A program made the position numbers and the translations under genes. Of a DNA stretch of 51,362 bases, positions 20,941 to 30,934 are shown piece by piece; the first letter of the stretch is position 1; each line of letters begins with the position of its first letter. The notes beneath the pieces were generated by a model that had not been told where the DNA came from, searched no databases, and saw only the letters and a list, made by a program, of their open reading frames with translations. Source of the stretch: Verrucomicrobiales bacterium (GTDB taxonomy: Bacteria; Verrucomicrobiota; Verrucomicrobiia; Verrucomicrobiales; SLCJ01); NCBI GenBank assembly GCA_046075565.1, contig JBJTQJ010000050.1:1-51362 (forward strand). The letters run 5' to 3'.

Positions 20941-21438
20941 ATGTTTACCACGAAAATCATCCGCTTCTTCCACAAAAACACGCGTTTCCTGCCCGGGCCG
21001 GTTTCCGATGCAAAAAGGCCGGAAATTCTGCATTTTGAGCCTTTCACCTGGCCGAATGCCATTCCCGAGGACTGCCCGTTTGCTGGAACTGAAGCATTCA
21101 CGGACATTCGGTTTCTCGGCATAAAAAGTGGCTTCCGATATGGCGATACTTGGTATCCAACCTGGGCCGAAAATGACACCCTCTATTCGCCGTGGACGGA
21201 CGGGAAGACCAAACGACTCGATGGTGATTGGAAAATCATCACCTACATGAAGGAGTTCGGAACCCAGGCGTATTTCGTCAATTTCCCGTCGAGATTCATC
21301 GGCGCCGACGGGTTAACGATGTGGTTGCTCTACTCCGCCAATTTTTCTCTGGATCCGGAAGGCAAACCGCATCCAGTCAATCCGCCGGGCGGGCACTACG
21401 GCATCACCTTGCAGAAAGTCCAAGTGCTGCGGAAGTGA
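20941..21438 (+). pseudogene. Probably internally deleted hypothetical protein (DUF4185-like)
   Basis: An N-type segment (YGDTWYPTWAENDTLYSPWTDG) is joined directly to a C-type segment (WKIITYMKEFGTQAYFVNFPSRFIGADG...NPPGGHYG); only ~165 aa. Family assignment is from memory. Confidence 0.45.
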
Positions 21439-21555
21439 GGAGGAAATACATGGCACCGATTCGTCAGGCCTTCAGCGAACGCTGGATGTTTGCCACTGGC
21501 GGTGCAATGCGCGGAGATAGGGCGAATGGTCGCACGAAAAGTGGCGGCGCATACA

Positions 21556-22935
21556 TCACTGTTTTTTTGGATTGCGGTTCTTGCCCTCCTTGCGGGCGTT
21601 CTTCTTCTGGGGCTTTTGCGGTGTCCATGACGGTGCGGCCTGTTCCGCGCTCCATTTGTTCCAAAGACTTTGCAATTCCTTCACCTTCTCCGGTTCGGCG
21701 GCACTGAGATCCTTTGCTTCGCCAATGTCGTCCTTCAGGTTGAATAGCTTCACATTTTCCACGCCGTCGATGCTGTTGGCGCAGAGTTTCCAATCTCCCT
21801 TGCGGATGGCCCACTGCTCACCAAACCGCCAGAACAAGACTTCATGCGGAGGGGACTTCACCTTGCCTTGAAGGTAGGGCATCAGGTCAACGCCATCCAG
21901 TTTCCAGTCCGCTTCAATGGTGCCGCCAGCGGCGGCCACCGCGGTTGGCAGGATATCCAGATTTTGGATCGGGTGCTCGAACGTGGTCCCGGCCGGAATT
22001 TTGCCTTTCCACTGAACGCAAAAGGGGACGCGTGTTCCGCCTTCCAGCGTCGTGGACTTGAAGCCTCGGAGCGGTCCGTTGCCCGAGGTGGTTTGTTTCG
22101 TCGGCCCGCCATTGTCGCTGAAGAAAAAGACGAGGGTATTCTCTTCTTGCCCCATTTCCCTGACTTTCCCGAGCACGGCGCCGACGGCGTCGTCCATGGC
22201 CGACATCATGGCGGCGAAGATTTTGCGATCTCCCTCCAGATTGGGAAAACGTTGCAGATACTTTTCCGGGGCTTCCAGAGGGGCGTGTTGTGCGTTGAAA
22301 GGCAGGTAGAGGAAATAGGGTTTCTCCTTTTGTTTGGCGAGCCAATTCACCGCCCGGGCGGCATAGGCGTCGGTGGTGTAGAAGTTCTTGTCCTCGACCC
22401 GGACAACATCCTTCGATACACGGGTGTCGATGAAACTCGGCGGAAGGAAAAACGGCGTGTTCTCCGGAGTGCCGTAGAATTCATCGAACCCGCGTGCGGT
22501 GGCGATGAACTTGTCCCCGCGGCCAAGATGCCATTTGCCCACACAGGCGGTGGCATAACCGAGCGACTTGAGCCGGTCGGCCATGGTTTTTTCATTCAAC
22601 GAGAGGCCGGCGGTGTCCTTCGAGCCTCCGGGGTTGAATTCATGGCCGAAACGGGTGGGGTAACGTCCGGTGAGCAATCCGGCGCGGCAGGGGCTGCAGT
22701 AGGTCGCGGCCACGTAGCCGTTGGTGAAACGCATGCCTTGGGCCGCGATGCTATCGATGTTCGGCGTGGGGATTTCTTTGTTCCCTTGGAAGCCGAATTC
22801 ACCGTAACCGACATCGTCGCAAAGGATGACAATCACGTTCGGCGGCTTTGTTTCAGCCGCGAAAAGGCTGCCAGAAGAGGCTATCAGGATTCCCCACAAT
22901 AGGGCGAGGGTGAGTTGGAACGATTTGTTATTCAT
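21556..22935 (-). CDS. Sulfatase (S1)
   Basis: Signal peptide, PNVIVILCDDVGYGE, CSPCR, LTGRY, GKWHLG, NAQHAP, SDNGG, EGGTRVP. Confidence 0.93.
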   Translation of the reverse strand: MNNKSFQLTLALLWGILIASSGSLFAAETKPPNVIVILCDDVGYGEFGFQGNKEIPTPNIDSIAAQGMRFTNGYVAATYCSPCRAGLLTGRYPTRFGHEFNPGGSKDTAGLSLNEKTMADRLKSLGYATACVGKWHLGRGDKFIATARGFDEFYGTPENTPFFLPPSFIDTRVSKDVVRVEDKNFYTTDAYAARAVNWLAKQKEKPYFLYLPFNAQHAPLEAPEKYLQRFPNLEGDRKIFAAMMSAMDDAVGAVLGKVREMGQEENTLVFFFSDNGGPTKQTTSGNGPLRGFKSTTLEGGTRVPFCVQWKGKIPAGTTFEHPIQNLDILPTAVAAAGGTIEADWKLDGVDLMPYLQGKVKSPPHEVLFWRFGEQWAIRKGDWKLCANSIDGVENVKLFNLKDDIGEAKDLSAAEPEKVKELQSLWNKWSAEQAAPSWTPQKPQKKNARKEGKNRNPKKQ

Positions 22936-23052
22936 GATGGGAAGTGGCTGATGACATCGGTATTGCGAAGGGTGCCGCTGTTTGGGCGGACAAGGGGGAT
23001 CGTGATGGAGACTGCGGAATCGAGTCCCATGGAAGAAATCGACTGCCTGTTG

Positions 23053-24018
23053 TTAGGGTGTCGTGCGGAAGGTTCGGGCCGAGGGTTTATCCGATGACGG
23101 GAAGTCTTCGGGAATCGGTTGCGTCACGTTTCCGGTTGCCGCCCACTCGGTGCCCCGGAGGAAAGTCGTGATGAAGCCGACACCCTGGAAGGCATCGACA
23201 TCATGCCCGAGTGTGGTATTGAATACCCGACCCTTTCCGTAATTGACGACCATGAGCATGGGTTCGTTTCTCCCTTTCGCTTTGAGTTCCGGGGTATCCG
23301 CCGCCGTGGCAAGAATGGTCATGTTTTCGGCCGGTCCGCGGAGCAGGGAATAGCATTCGTCCTTCGAATGCATCCAGAAATCAGGCACGCCCTTCGTGAT
23401 CGGGTGGGTTTTGTCCCGGATGGTCACCACGAATTCGTTCTGCGGCCCGTGGGCTCCGCATTTTCCCGGGCTGGGGTCCCGCACCACGTTTCCCTCGGCA
23501 TCATAATAAACATAGGGACCGGTTTTTTCGTTCCGACCGCCCCAACCTCCGAGACCAATCATCCGATTGAACTCTTCCCAGCCGCCCCAACTATTGTTCG
23601 CGGCATGCACGACGACGAGTCCGCCGCCGTTTTTCATGTAAGTCTCCAGATTCCGCCGGGTCTGCTCCGGCCAGTCGGCGGCCCCGAAGCCGAAGTTGCT
23701 AATCACGACCTTGTATTTGGAAAAGTCCGGGGAAAAATCAGGGTCCGGCAATGGCTTTTCATTCTTTGTTGACTCACCCGTTCCCGCCAACGGCAGCCAT
23801 GCTTCTTCCCGTTTGTAATTGGAGATGAACTTCGTCCTCGCGACCTCGACATCGAAGAGTCCGGACTTTTCCAGATATTCCTTCATCATGATGGTCGATT
23901 TCGGCCAGACCGCGTGGTTATTCTGGCCATCCACGATGAGGGCTTTGCTTTTTTCCGCAGCAATGACGGGGCAGAGGAGAGCCAAGCTGGCTGCGGCGAC
24001 AGGAAGGAATCGGTTCAT
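23053..24018 (-). CDS. ThuA-like domain protein (class I glutamine amidotransferase-like fold), exported
   Basis: Signal peptide; ALIVDGQNNH..W, GGGLVVVHAAN, HPIT.G, DECY, YGKGRVFNTTLGH, RGTEWAATG. Confidence 0.85.
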   Translation of the reverse strand: MNRFLPVAAASLALLCPVIAAEKSKALIVDGQNNHAVWPKSTIMMKEYLEKSGLFDVEVARTKFISNYKREEAWLPLAGTGESTKNEKPLPDPDFSPDFSKYKVVISNFGFGAADWPEQTRRNLETYMKNGGGLVVVHAANNSWGGWEEFNRMIGLGGWGGRNEKTGPYVYYDAEGNVVRDPSPGKCGAHGPQNEFVVTIRDKTHPITKGVPDFWMHSKDECYSLLRGPAENMTILATAADTPELKAKGRNEPMLMVVNYGKGRVFNTTLGHDVDAFQGVGFITTFLRGTEWAATGNVTQPIPEDFPSSDKPSARTFRTTP

Positions 24019-24080
24019 ATTGTCAGGATACATGCGGCCGGGTTGAATTTTTTCAAAATTCCGAGGACCAGGCCAGGGCT

Positions 24081-25271
24081 TCAGTTTTCGTCACTTTTGG
24101 CAGGTCTCCGCAAGCTCAGGGGGGCAACCCCGAGGTGTTTACGGAAAATGGTCGCCATGTATTCGGCTGTGGTGAAACCCGACTTTTCCGCGATGGTGGA
24201 AACCGAGAGTCGGGAGGACTGCAGAAGATGGATGGCCAGTTCGATACGCACACGCCGGATTTCCGCGGCCGGACTTCTCCCTAGCGTCTTGGCAAACCGC
24301 TGCTCGAGGGTCCGGCGGCAGAGTCCACTTTGTTTGGCCACCTCACCGACCGACATTTCCCGGGCCGGGTCCTCCCGGATGTGTCGGAGCGCCCGCACCA
24401 GAGCCGGATCATCAATGGCGAGGGTTTCGGTGGATTGTCGAACGACGATCCCGAGAGGGGAAAACCGCATGTCCTTGGGTTTGCGGGCTTGTGGTCGATT
24501 CATCATTTGGTCCAGGCACCCCGCGGCGTGGAATCCGATTTCTTCGGCGGCATTCTTGACGGCGGAAATCGGAACCGGGGCAACCTTGCAAAACAGGTCG
24601 TCGTCGGAGCCGCTCATCACGGATACTTCCTCCGGCACCTTCAATCCGCCGCGGAAACAACCGAAAATGACTTCACGTGCCGCGCTCGTATTCCAGGTGA
24701 AGATCGCCACCGGTTTGGGCAGGGCCTTCAGCCATGCTGCCAGACGATCCAGGTCCGTTGTCCATTCAGGCTCCGCGCCGCCTAGCTGCGGTTTGGCCTC
24801 GTATAAAGCGCACGTATGCCCCGTTTTTTCCAAAACTTTGCGGAAGGCTTCCTTGTGCTCATCGACGTAATCGAGACCTGATAAGCTGAAGTAGGCGAAA
24901 TTTTTGAAGCCGGAACTGAAGAGGTGTTCTGCCGCCATACGCGCGGCTTCTGCAAGATTGGAGTGAATCCGGGGAAAATCGCAGCCGGGCAAGCGTATGC
25001 CCGACACGTTGACGACCGGGATTCGAAGCTCTTGCAATTGGCCCACAAGTTCGGGAAAACCGACTCGCGCGATCACTCCATCGCCCTTCCATCCCGCGGG
25101 CAGCCATCTGCGCTGGTCCATTCCCCGAGGTTCGACGAACAACCGCCATTCCTTGTTCTGGCTCTGGTATTGATGGACCCCTTCGATGATCCCGCGCCCC
25201 CAGCTGGTGGAGGTATCGACCAGGACCGCCACCTGCGGTGCGATGGGTCTACGTTTCAAAGGTATCTTCAT
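24081..25271 (-). CDS. XylR-type transcriptional regulator (LacI-like sensor + AraC HTH)
   Basis: VAVLVDTSTSWGRGIIEG, WKGDGVIAR, LPKPVAIF, VPEEVSV, IVVRQST; AraC HTH RRTLEQRF...GRSP..EIRRVR. Confidence 0.9.
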   Translation of the reverse strand: MKIPLKRRPIAPQVAVLVDTSTSWGRGIIEGVHQYQSQNKEWRLFVEPRGMDQRRWLPAGWKGDGVIARVGFPELVGQLQELRIPVVNVSGIRLPGCDFPRIHSNLAEAARMAAEHLFSSGFKNFAYFSLSGLDYVDEHKEAFRKVLEKTGHTCALYEAKPQLGGAEPEWTTDLDRLAAWLKALPKPVAIFTWNTSAAREVIFGCFRGGLKVPEEVSVMSGSDDDLFCKVAPVPISAVKNAAEEIGFHAAGCLDQMMNRPQARKPKDMRFSPLGIVVRQSTETLAIDDPALVRALRHIREDPAREMSVGEVAKQSGLCRRTLEQRFAKTLGRSPAAEIRRVRIELAIHLLQSSRLSVSTIAEKSGFTTAEYMATIFRKHLGVAPLSLRRPAKSDEN

Positions 25272-25402
25272 GGATGCGCAAAAGCGAATAATAAATGCGC
25301 GATTGCCTCTTTCTGTCAAGAGCATCATCTGATAAGTTTTCACACTCATCGTCGATCCCATTGGCTCGCTACCGCCTCGCCTCACCCGCCTTCGCCCCCT
25401 TC

Positions 25403-27178
25403 ATGAAAAGAATCATAACTCTCATTTTATCCAGTCTTTCGTCCGTCTTGTGGGCAGCGCCGGAAGGAGAAGGACCTGTTGATCGTTCCGTGCACCAAAT
25501 TGCCGTCAATCAGGTTGGCAATGAAACCGCAGGGTCCAAACGTTTCACCGCACCTTTGTCTCCGGATGGCACGGCCTTTATTGTCCGCGCCGACGCTAAT
25601 TCCGAGGCCCTCCACCAAGGGACGCTGTCCGGCGGGGTAGGGGACTTCAGTGGATTCCGTCCGGCGGATTCGGAAAGGCGTTATGTCGTCGAACTGCGCG
25701 GGGGAAGTTTGAAGGACGCAAAAAGTGATCCCTTCCTCACTTGGCAGAATCTATACCAGGAGCAATTCTGGCAATCGGCGGTGGATTTCCTCATCGACAC
25801 GCGATCGGTGGTCGGCACGCACCCCAGCGCCTTTGGCGGTTGTCCATGGCGTGACGGAACCTACTACGATGCCATTCTCCCTTCGCTGGTCCTCTTCTAT
25901 TTGGCCGACCCGGAACGAGTGAAGGCGATGCCGAAACAGATCGATTGGGCATCTGACAGGGCGCGTGTCACGGCGAAAGAGTTCAAGTTTGATGCCAAGA
26001 ATCCATCTTCCGAAGGTGTCATGGACGCCGTCAGGGCCTACTACCAGCTTGAGGCTCCCAAAGCCGATGCCCCCGATGTAGTGAAGCTTATCCATTGGGG
26101 TGCCGGGTTTTACCTCGTCAATCCCAAAACCCAGGATCCAAGCGGCGATCCCGATAAACGTAAAACTCATGCCCAGACCATCGAGCAAGTCGCTTACGTG
26201 GTATGGGCCTGGCCTGCGATCAAGGAATGGCTGCCCCAATCATTTTATGACAAATGCCGGGACTTCTGTTTGGCCAACTGGGAAGCTTCGCTCGGCATCA
26301 GCAAATGGTGGGAACCGAAGACCTATCTCAAGCCCGAAGACCTCAAGGAAGGCAACCCCATGGGCGGGCTTTTGCATCCTTATAAAGGGCGCCACGCACC
26401 GGGACATTCGATCGTTCCTAACCTTCTCATGCACGAAATCGCCAAACGCGAGGGACGCAATGACGCCGGGCGCTATCTTGAGGCGGCCGTCCAGCAAGCT
26501 GAATGGTGCGTGAAGAATCTCGACTGGAATGATCCCCGGACGACCAAAGGCCACCGGATGAGCGAGCACCGCACGATCCCGAATCTGGTCTGGATGTTGC
26601 AGAAGTATCCGGACAAAGCTCCCGCCGGACTGAAGGAAAAGATCGCGGCCTGGGTTGATGTGGCAATCGCCAGATCCGATAATATGTGGGACTACCGCAG
26701 GTATGATATGCAGGACCATTGGTCGATCCCGAAAGTGAATGACGTAGGGAACAGCCTCTCCTTTCCTGCGATTGCCACCGCCGCAAGCTGGGTCACCGTT
26801 GATCCCGCCAAAAAAGCCCGGCTCGAGCAACTCTCCACCGCTTCAATCGACTTCGTCTTCGGACGCAATCCGCGCCTCGCCGCCGCGCCTTCCAAACCCG
26901 AAACGGGCTTCCCGGAAATCGAACGCGGCTGGCCGCGGCAACACAAGCTCAATGTTTGTGCCCGCCTCGAACTGTGCCGGGGTTCAATATCAGCTACGCC
27001 CGGCACTGAAATGTTTCCGTTCCAACCTGACGGGGCTTTCCGACACGCCGAAGGATGGCAATGTTTTCGGCCAACACCTTCGTCGTGTGGGGCGGTATGG
27101 CTTACGAGCATGGTTTGGTCGCAGTTATGGTCAACCTTTGTTACGGGGTCGCCGCCGTATTGGCCGGTTACACCGTAG
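25403..27178 (+). CDS. Exported hypothetical protein with GH9-like Ig + (alpha/alpha) architecture; native 3' end probably lost at ~27057
   Basis: Signal peptide; IAVNQVG..(K.F) like the GH9 N-terminal Ig domain; SIDFVFGRNP like the GH9 C-terminal motif; last ~40 codons overlap the SSS gene out of frame. Confidence 0.65.
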   Translation: MKRIITLILSSLSSVLWAAPEGEGPVDRSVHQIAVNQVGNETAGSKRFTAPLSPDGTAFIVRADANSEALHQGTLSGGVGDFSGFRPADSERRYVVELRGGSLKDAKSDPFLTWQNLYQEQFWQSAVDFLIDTRSVVGTHPSAFGGCPWRDGTYYDAILPSLVLFYLADPERVKAMPKQIDWASDRARVTAKEFKFDAKNPSSEGVMDAVRAYYQLEAPKADAPDVVKLIHWGAGFYLVNPKTQDPSGDPDKRKTHAQTIEQVAYVVWAWPAIKEWLPQSFYDKCRDFCLANWEASLGISKWWEPKTYLKPEDLKEGNPMGGLLHPYKGRHAPGHSIVPNLLMHEIAKREGRNDAGRYLEAAVQQAEWCVKNLDWNDPRTTKGHRMSEHRTIPNLVWMLQKYPDKAPAGLKEKIAAWVDVAIARSDNMWDYRRYDMQDHWSIPKVNDVGNSLSFPAIATAASWVTVDPAKKARLEQLSTASIDFVFGRNPRLAAAPSKPETGFPEIERGWPRQHKLNVCARLELCRGSISATPGTEMFPFQPDGAFRHAEGWQCFRPTPSSCGAVWLTSMVWSQLWSTFVTGSPPYWPVTP

Positions 27179-28635
27179 CAGGGAAATGGAATAAACTCGG
27201 GATAAGGACGCCTGCTGAGTTTGTGGAGCGCCGCTTCGGTAAAGGGGCCCTGCACTTCTACACATGGACGGTCATGATCTACCGGATGGTCGGATCTGCA
27301 GGAGCGCTGTATGCCATATCCATTCTGACGGTCGCGGTAACCCGTGGGGAGAACACTTCTTCCGGAGTCGCGGGCATGCCGCCGGAACTCATCACCGCGA
27401 TCCTCATCTTCGGAGCCGTTGTGGTTCTTTATACCATGATCGGTGGTTTGTGGGCGGTGCTGATGACCGATGTCATCCAGTTCATTGTTTTGAATCTCGC
27501 CGTCATCTTTGTCATTCCTCTTATCCTCATGGATAGCGGAGGTCTGGCGCAAATCGCCGACAAGATGCCCGAGGGTTTCCTCGCCCTGACCGCAGGTTCG
27601 AAATACACGTGGTTCTTCCTCTTTGGATGGGTTGCCATCCATTACTTCATGATTGGCGCTGAGTTCGCGTTCGTGCAGCGTTACCTTTGCGTGCCGACCC
27701 CCAGCGACGCCCGGAAGAGCACGCTCCTGTTCGGGGGGCTCTACTTGTTCTCCCCGTTCCTCTGGTTGCTGCCACCTTTGCTCTGGCGGGTGCAAAGCCC
27801 GATCCCTGAAGGAGCTTCCTCCGAAATGATCCGGATGCTCAAGGAAGAGGCCTACATCAAGTCCTGCAAAAGTGTCCTTCCCATCGGCATGGTCGGGTTG
27901 ATGATGGCGGCCATGTTTTCGGCCACGGCCAGCATGATTAGCGGCCAACTGAATGTGTTTTCCGGAGTTCTTACGCACGACATTTATCGACCCCTGCGCA
28001 AGGCGATCACCGACAAACAACTTCTGGCGGCAGGGCGGTGGTTCACCCTGCTTCTTGGAGCCATCATTTCTGCCATCGCTTTGTGTATCCCAATGCTCGG
28101 TGGTGCTGAAAAGGTCATCATCTCGATCACCGAGATCATGGTGGTGCCGCTGCTGGCTCCCATTCTCATCGGATTGCTCAGCAAACGGGTCAGCACGCGG
28201 GTGCTTTGGGCTACCGCGGGAATTTGTATTCCCCTCGGCATGGCAGTTCATTTCGGTTGGTTTGTCCCTGAACAGGGCACTGTGCTCGGCAAATGGCTCA
28301 AGGATCAATCGATGACCATCATTGGCGTGATACTACCTCTCGTGATTCTAATCGTTTTCCAACTACTTACGCGCAAGGAGGATGTCCGCTGGGCCAATAT
28401 CGAGGAACTGCGGGCAAGGGAGATGGCAGCGACCGAGTCGCGCTCCACCGCCGATGCCGATCATTCGCCTGGGCGTATCATTGGCTGGAGTATGGTCGGC
28501 CTTGGCGGCGCGATGGCCTGCCTCATTCCGATCAATCCCGGCGACCGTGTTGTGATCCTTGTCTTTGCCGTCATTCTCGCCGGCATCGGCGCTTTCATGC
28601 TGCGCCGACTGAAGTCCAATTCCCATTCCCCATGA
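27055..28635 (+). CDS. Sodium:solute symporter (SSS), probably N-terminally truncated
   Basis: MFSANTFVVWGG, TPAEFVERRFG, YTMIGGLWAVLMTDVIQF, VQRYL, GLMMAAMFSATAS; the usual first TM is absent. Confidence 0.85.
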   Translation: MAMFSANTFVVWGGMAYEHGLVAVMVNLCYGVAAVLAGYTVAGKWNKLGIRTPAEFVERRFGKGALHFYTWTVMIYRMVGSAGALYAISILTVAVTRGENTSSGVAGMPPELITAILIFGAVVVLYTMIGGLWAVLMTDVIQFIVLNLAVIFVIPLILMDSGGLAQIADKMPEGFLALTAGSKYTWFFLFGWVAIHYFMIGAEFAFVQRYLCVPTPSDARKSTLLFGGLYLFSPFLWLLPPLLWRVQSPIPEGASSEMIRMLKEEAYIKSCKSVLPIGMVGLMMAAMFSATASMISGQLNVFSGVLTHDIYRPLRKAITDKQLLAAGRWFTLLLGAIISAIALCIPMLGGAEKVIISITEIMVVPLLAPILIGLLSKRVSTRVLWATAGICIPLGMAVHFGWFVPEQGTVLGKWLKDQSMTIIGVILPLVILIVFQLLTRKEDVRWANIEELRAREMAATESRSTADADHSPGRIIGWSMVGLGGAMACLIPINPGDRVVILVFAVILAGIGAFMLRRLKSNSHSP

Positions 28636-30908
28636 TCATCGAATCCGCTACCGACCGTCGCGAACTGAAATCCGTAACCCTTGAAGCCGACCTTGTTGTT
28701 GTCGGTGGAGGGCTCGCCGGCGCTTGTTGCGCCATTACCGCCGCCCGTGAGGGGCTCAAGGTCATCCTCGTGCAGGACCGCCCTGTCCTCGGAGGCAATG
28801 CCTCCAGTGAAGTCCGGCTTTGGGTTCTCGGCGCGACCTCGCACATGGGCAACAACAACCGATGGGCCCGCCAGGGGGGCGTGGTCAATGAGATCATGGA
28901 GGAAAACCTTTACCGCAACCGCCAGGGGAACCCGATGATCTACGACACCATCCTTCTGGAAAAATGTGTCAAGGAACCCAATCTCACGCTACTTCTCAAC
29001 ACGGCCGCCTTTGATGTCGAAAAGAGCGACCCGGACACCATCTCGGCTGTTCACGCTTTCTGCGCCCAAAATTCCACCCGTTATTTGCTGAAGGCACCAT
29101 TGTTCTGCGACGCCTCCGGCGATGGACTCCTCGGCTTCATGTCCGGGGCAGCTTTCCGCATGGGCGCGGAAACAAAAGAAGAATTCGGGGAAAAGTTCGC
29201 ACCCGACGCGACCTATGGGCAATTGCTCGGTCACTCGATGTATTTCTACAGCAAGGACATTGGCACTCCGGTGAAATTCGTGCCGCCGAGTTGGGCTCTC
29301 GACGATATTACGAAGATTCCCCGTTACCGACAATTCCACACCAACATGCAGGGCTGCAACTTCTGGTGGCTGGAATACGGTGGACGACTCGACACCATCC
29401 ACCAGACCGAAGACATCAAATGGGAATTGTGGAAGGTCATCTACGGGGTTTGGAATTACTTCAAAAATTCCGGCAAGTTCCCGGAAGCGGAAACCATGCA
29501 ACTCGAATGGGTCGGAACGATTCCCGGCAAGCGCGAGAGCCGGCGCTTCGAAGGGGACTACATGATCAAACAACAGGACCTCGTGGAACAGAAAGAGTTT
29601 GATGATGTTGTCGCCCATGGCGGATGGGCGGTCGATCTCCACCCGGCCGACGGTATTTATTCCGAACTCTCGGGCTGCACGCAGTGGCACTCCAAGGGCG
29701 TGTTTGGAATTCCCTATCGTTGTTACTACAGTAAGAATATCACCAACCTTTTCCTGGCCGGCCGGATTATCAGTTCGACCCACGTCGCCTTCGGTTCCAC
29801 GCGTGTCATGGCCACGTGCGCGGCGGGAGGGCAAGCTGTTGCCGTCGCCGCTGCCATCTGCAAGGAAAGTGGTTGTCTGCCCCGCGAGGCCGGAGTTGGC
29901 GCGAATCTCGCCCGCTTGCAGTCCCGCCTCCAGCGTGTCGGTCAATTCCTCCCCGGCAAGGTGGTGGAAGATCCCGAAGACCTTGCTGCCACCGCCACTG
30001 CGACGGCCAGTTCCGCGCTGCGTTTGGACAACACCGGCACAGGTGATTCCTGGATTTCCCTCGATCACGGCTGGGCCATGCTGCTTCCGCTCGCCGCCGG
30101 GGCCTGCCCGAAGTTCATTTTCGAGATCGATGCCAAAGCGTCAGGCTCCCTCAAGGTCGAGTTGCGTCGTTCGTTCAAATCCGCCGGGTTCTCGCCCGAA
30201 GAGCTGATAGAAGCGTTGGATATCGCCCACGCATCCGGGAACTCGCGGGTTACGGTCGAGTTCCGTTCGCCCGTTACACGTGAGGGTTACCATTTCATCA
30301 AACTTTGTGAAAACCCCGGCGTGCGCGTGCGTCTGACCGAGAAACGTTTCACGGGTCTCGTCTCCGTGAGCAGTGCCTATAACAAAGCCGTTGCCACCTC
30401 CAGTTTGCAGAGCCCGCCACCCGGCATCGGTATCGATTCATTCGAGTTCTGGCTTCCCAAGCGACGGCCCGAGGGGCAAAACCTCGCCATGACCATCGAA
30501 CCGCCGTTGGATTCCTTCGGCGCATCGAACGTGCTCACGGGTCCGGCTCGCCCGACGGATTTGCCTAACGCCTGGGTAGCAGATCCCGCCGACCCGAGCC
30601 CGACGCTCGAGTTGGCGTGGAAACAATCGGTCGCCATCGGCCGGGTGATCGTGGAATTCGACCCCGACTGGGACCATCCGATGGAGTCGGTTCTGATGAC
30701 CCATCCTGAAGAGGTCGTGCCTTTCATGGTTAAGGACTTCGACTTGCTTGATGGCAACGGAAATGTCCTCGCTAGCGTTCGCAACCATCATGGCGCACGT
30801 TTCGAGTGGACCGCACCACAGTCCATCCATACCACCGGTTTGAAGGTGAAGGTGCTTTCCACCCACGGCACTCCCGCATCGGTGTTCCGGGTGCGGGCCT
30901 TTTCCTGA
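28632..30908 (+). CDS. FAD-dependent oxidoreductase (FAD_oxidored family) with C-terminal beta-sandwich
   Basis: VVGGGLAG, QDRPVLGGNASSE, DASGDG, PGKRESRRFEGDY, GGWAVDLHP, FGSTRVMATCA; ATGA-coupled to the SSS gene. Confidence 0.9.
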   Translation: MIIESATDRRELKSVTLEADLVVVGGGLAGACCAITAAREGLKVILVQDRPVLGGNASSEVRLWVLGATSHMGNNNRWARQGGVVNEIMEENLYRNRQGNPMIYDTILLEKCVKEPNLTLLLNTAAFDVEKSDPDTISAVHAFCAQNSTRYLLKAPLFCDASGDGLLGFMSGAAFRMGAETKEEFGEKFAPDATYGQLLGHSMYFYSKDIGTPVKFVPPSWALDDITKIPRYRQFHTNMQGCNFWWLEYGGRLDTIHQTEDIKWELWKVIYGVWNYFKNSGKFPEAETMQLEWVGTIPGKRESRRFEGDYMIKQQDLVEQKEFDDVVAHGGWAVDLHPADGIYSELSGCTQWHSKGVFGIPYRCYYSKNITNLFLAGRIISSTHVAFGSTRVMATCAAGGQAVAVAAAICKESGCLPREAGVGANLARLQSRLQRVGQFLPGKVVEDPEDLAATATATASSALRLDNTGTGDSWISLDHGWAMLLPLAAGACPKFIFEIDAKASGSLKVELRRSFKSAGFSPEELIEALDIAHASGNSRVTVEFRSPVTREGYHFIKLCENPGVRVRLTEKRFTGLVSVSSAYNKAVATSSLQSPPPGIGIDSFEFWLPKRRPEGQNLAMTIEPPLDSFGASNVLTGPARPTDLPNAWVADPADPSPTLELAWKQSVAIGRVIVEFDPDWDHPMESVLMTHPEEVVPFMVKDFDLLDGNGNVLASVRNHHGARFEWTAPQSIHTTGLKVKVLSTHGTPASVFRVRAFS

Positions 30909-30934
30909 TCCACAGATTCCAATTTCGCCATCTC

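Noticed and set aside
26692..28308. Long antisense ORFs (this one, also 11963-13084, 28989-30068, 39966-41009, 48902-49873)
   Set aside because: Shadows of well-supported genes in high-GC DNA, with no recognisable motifs
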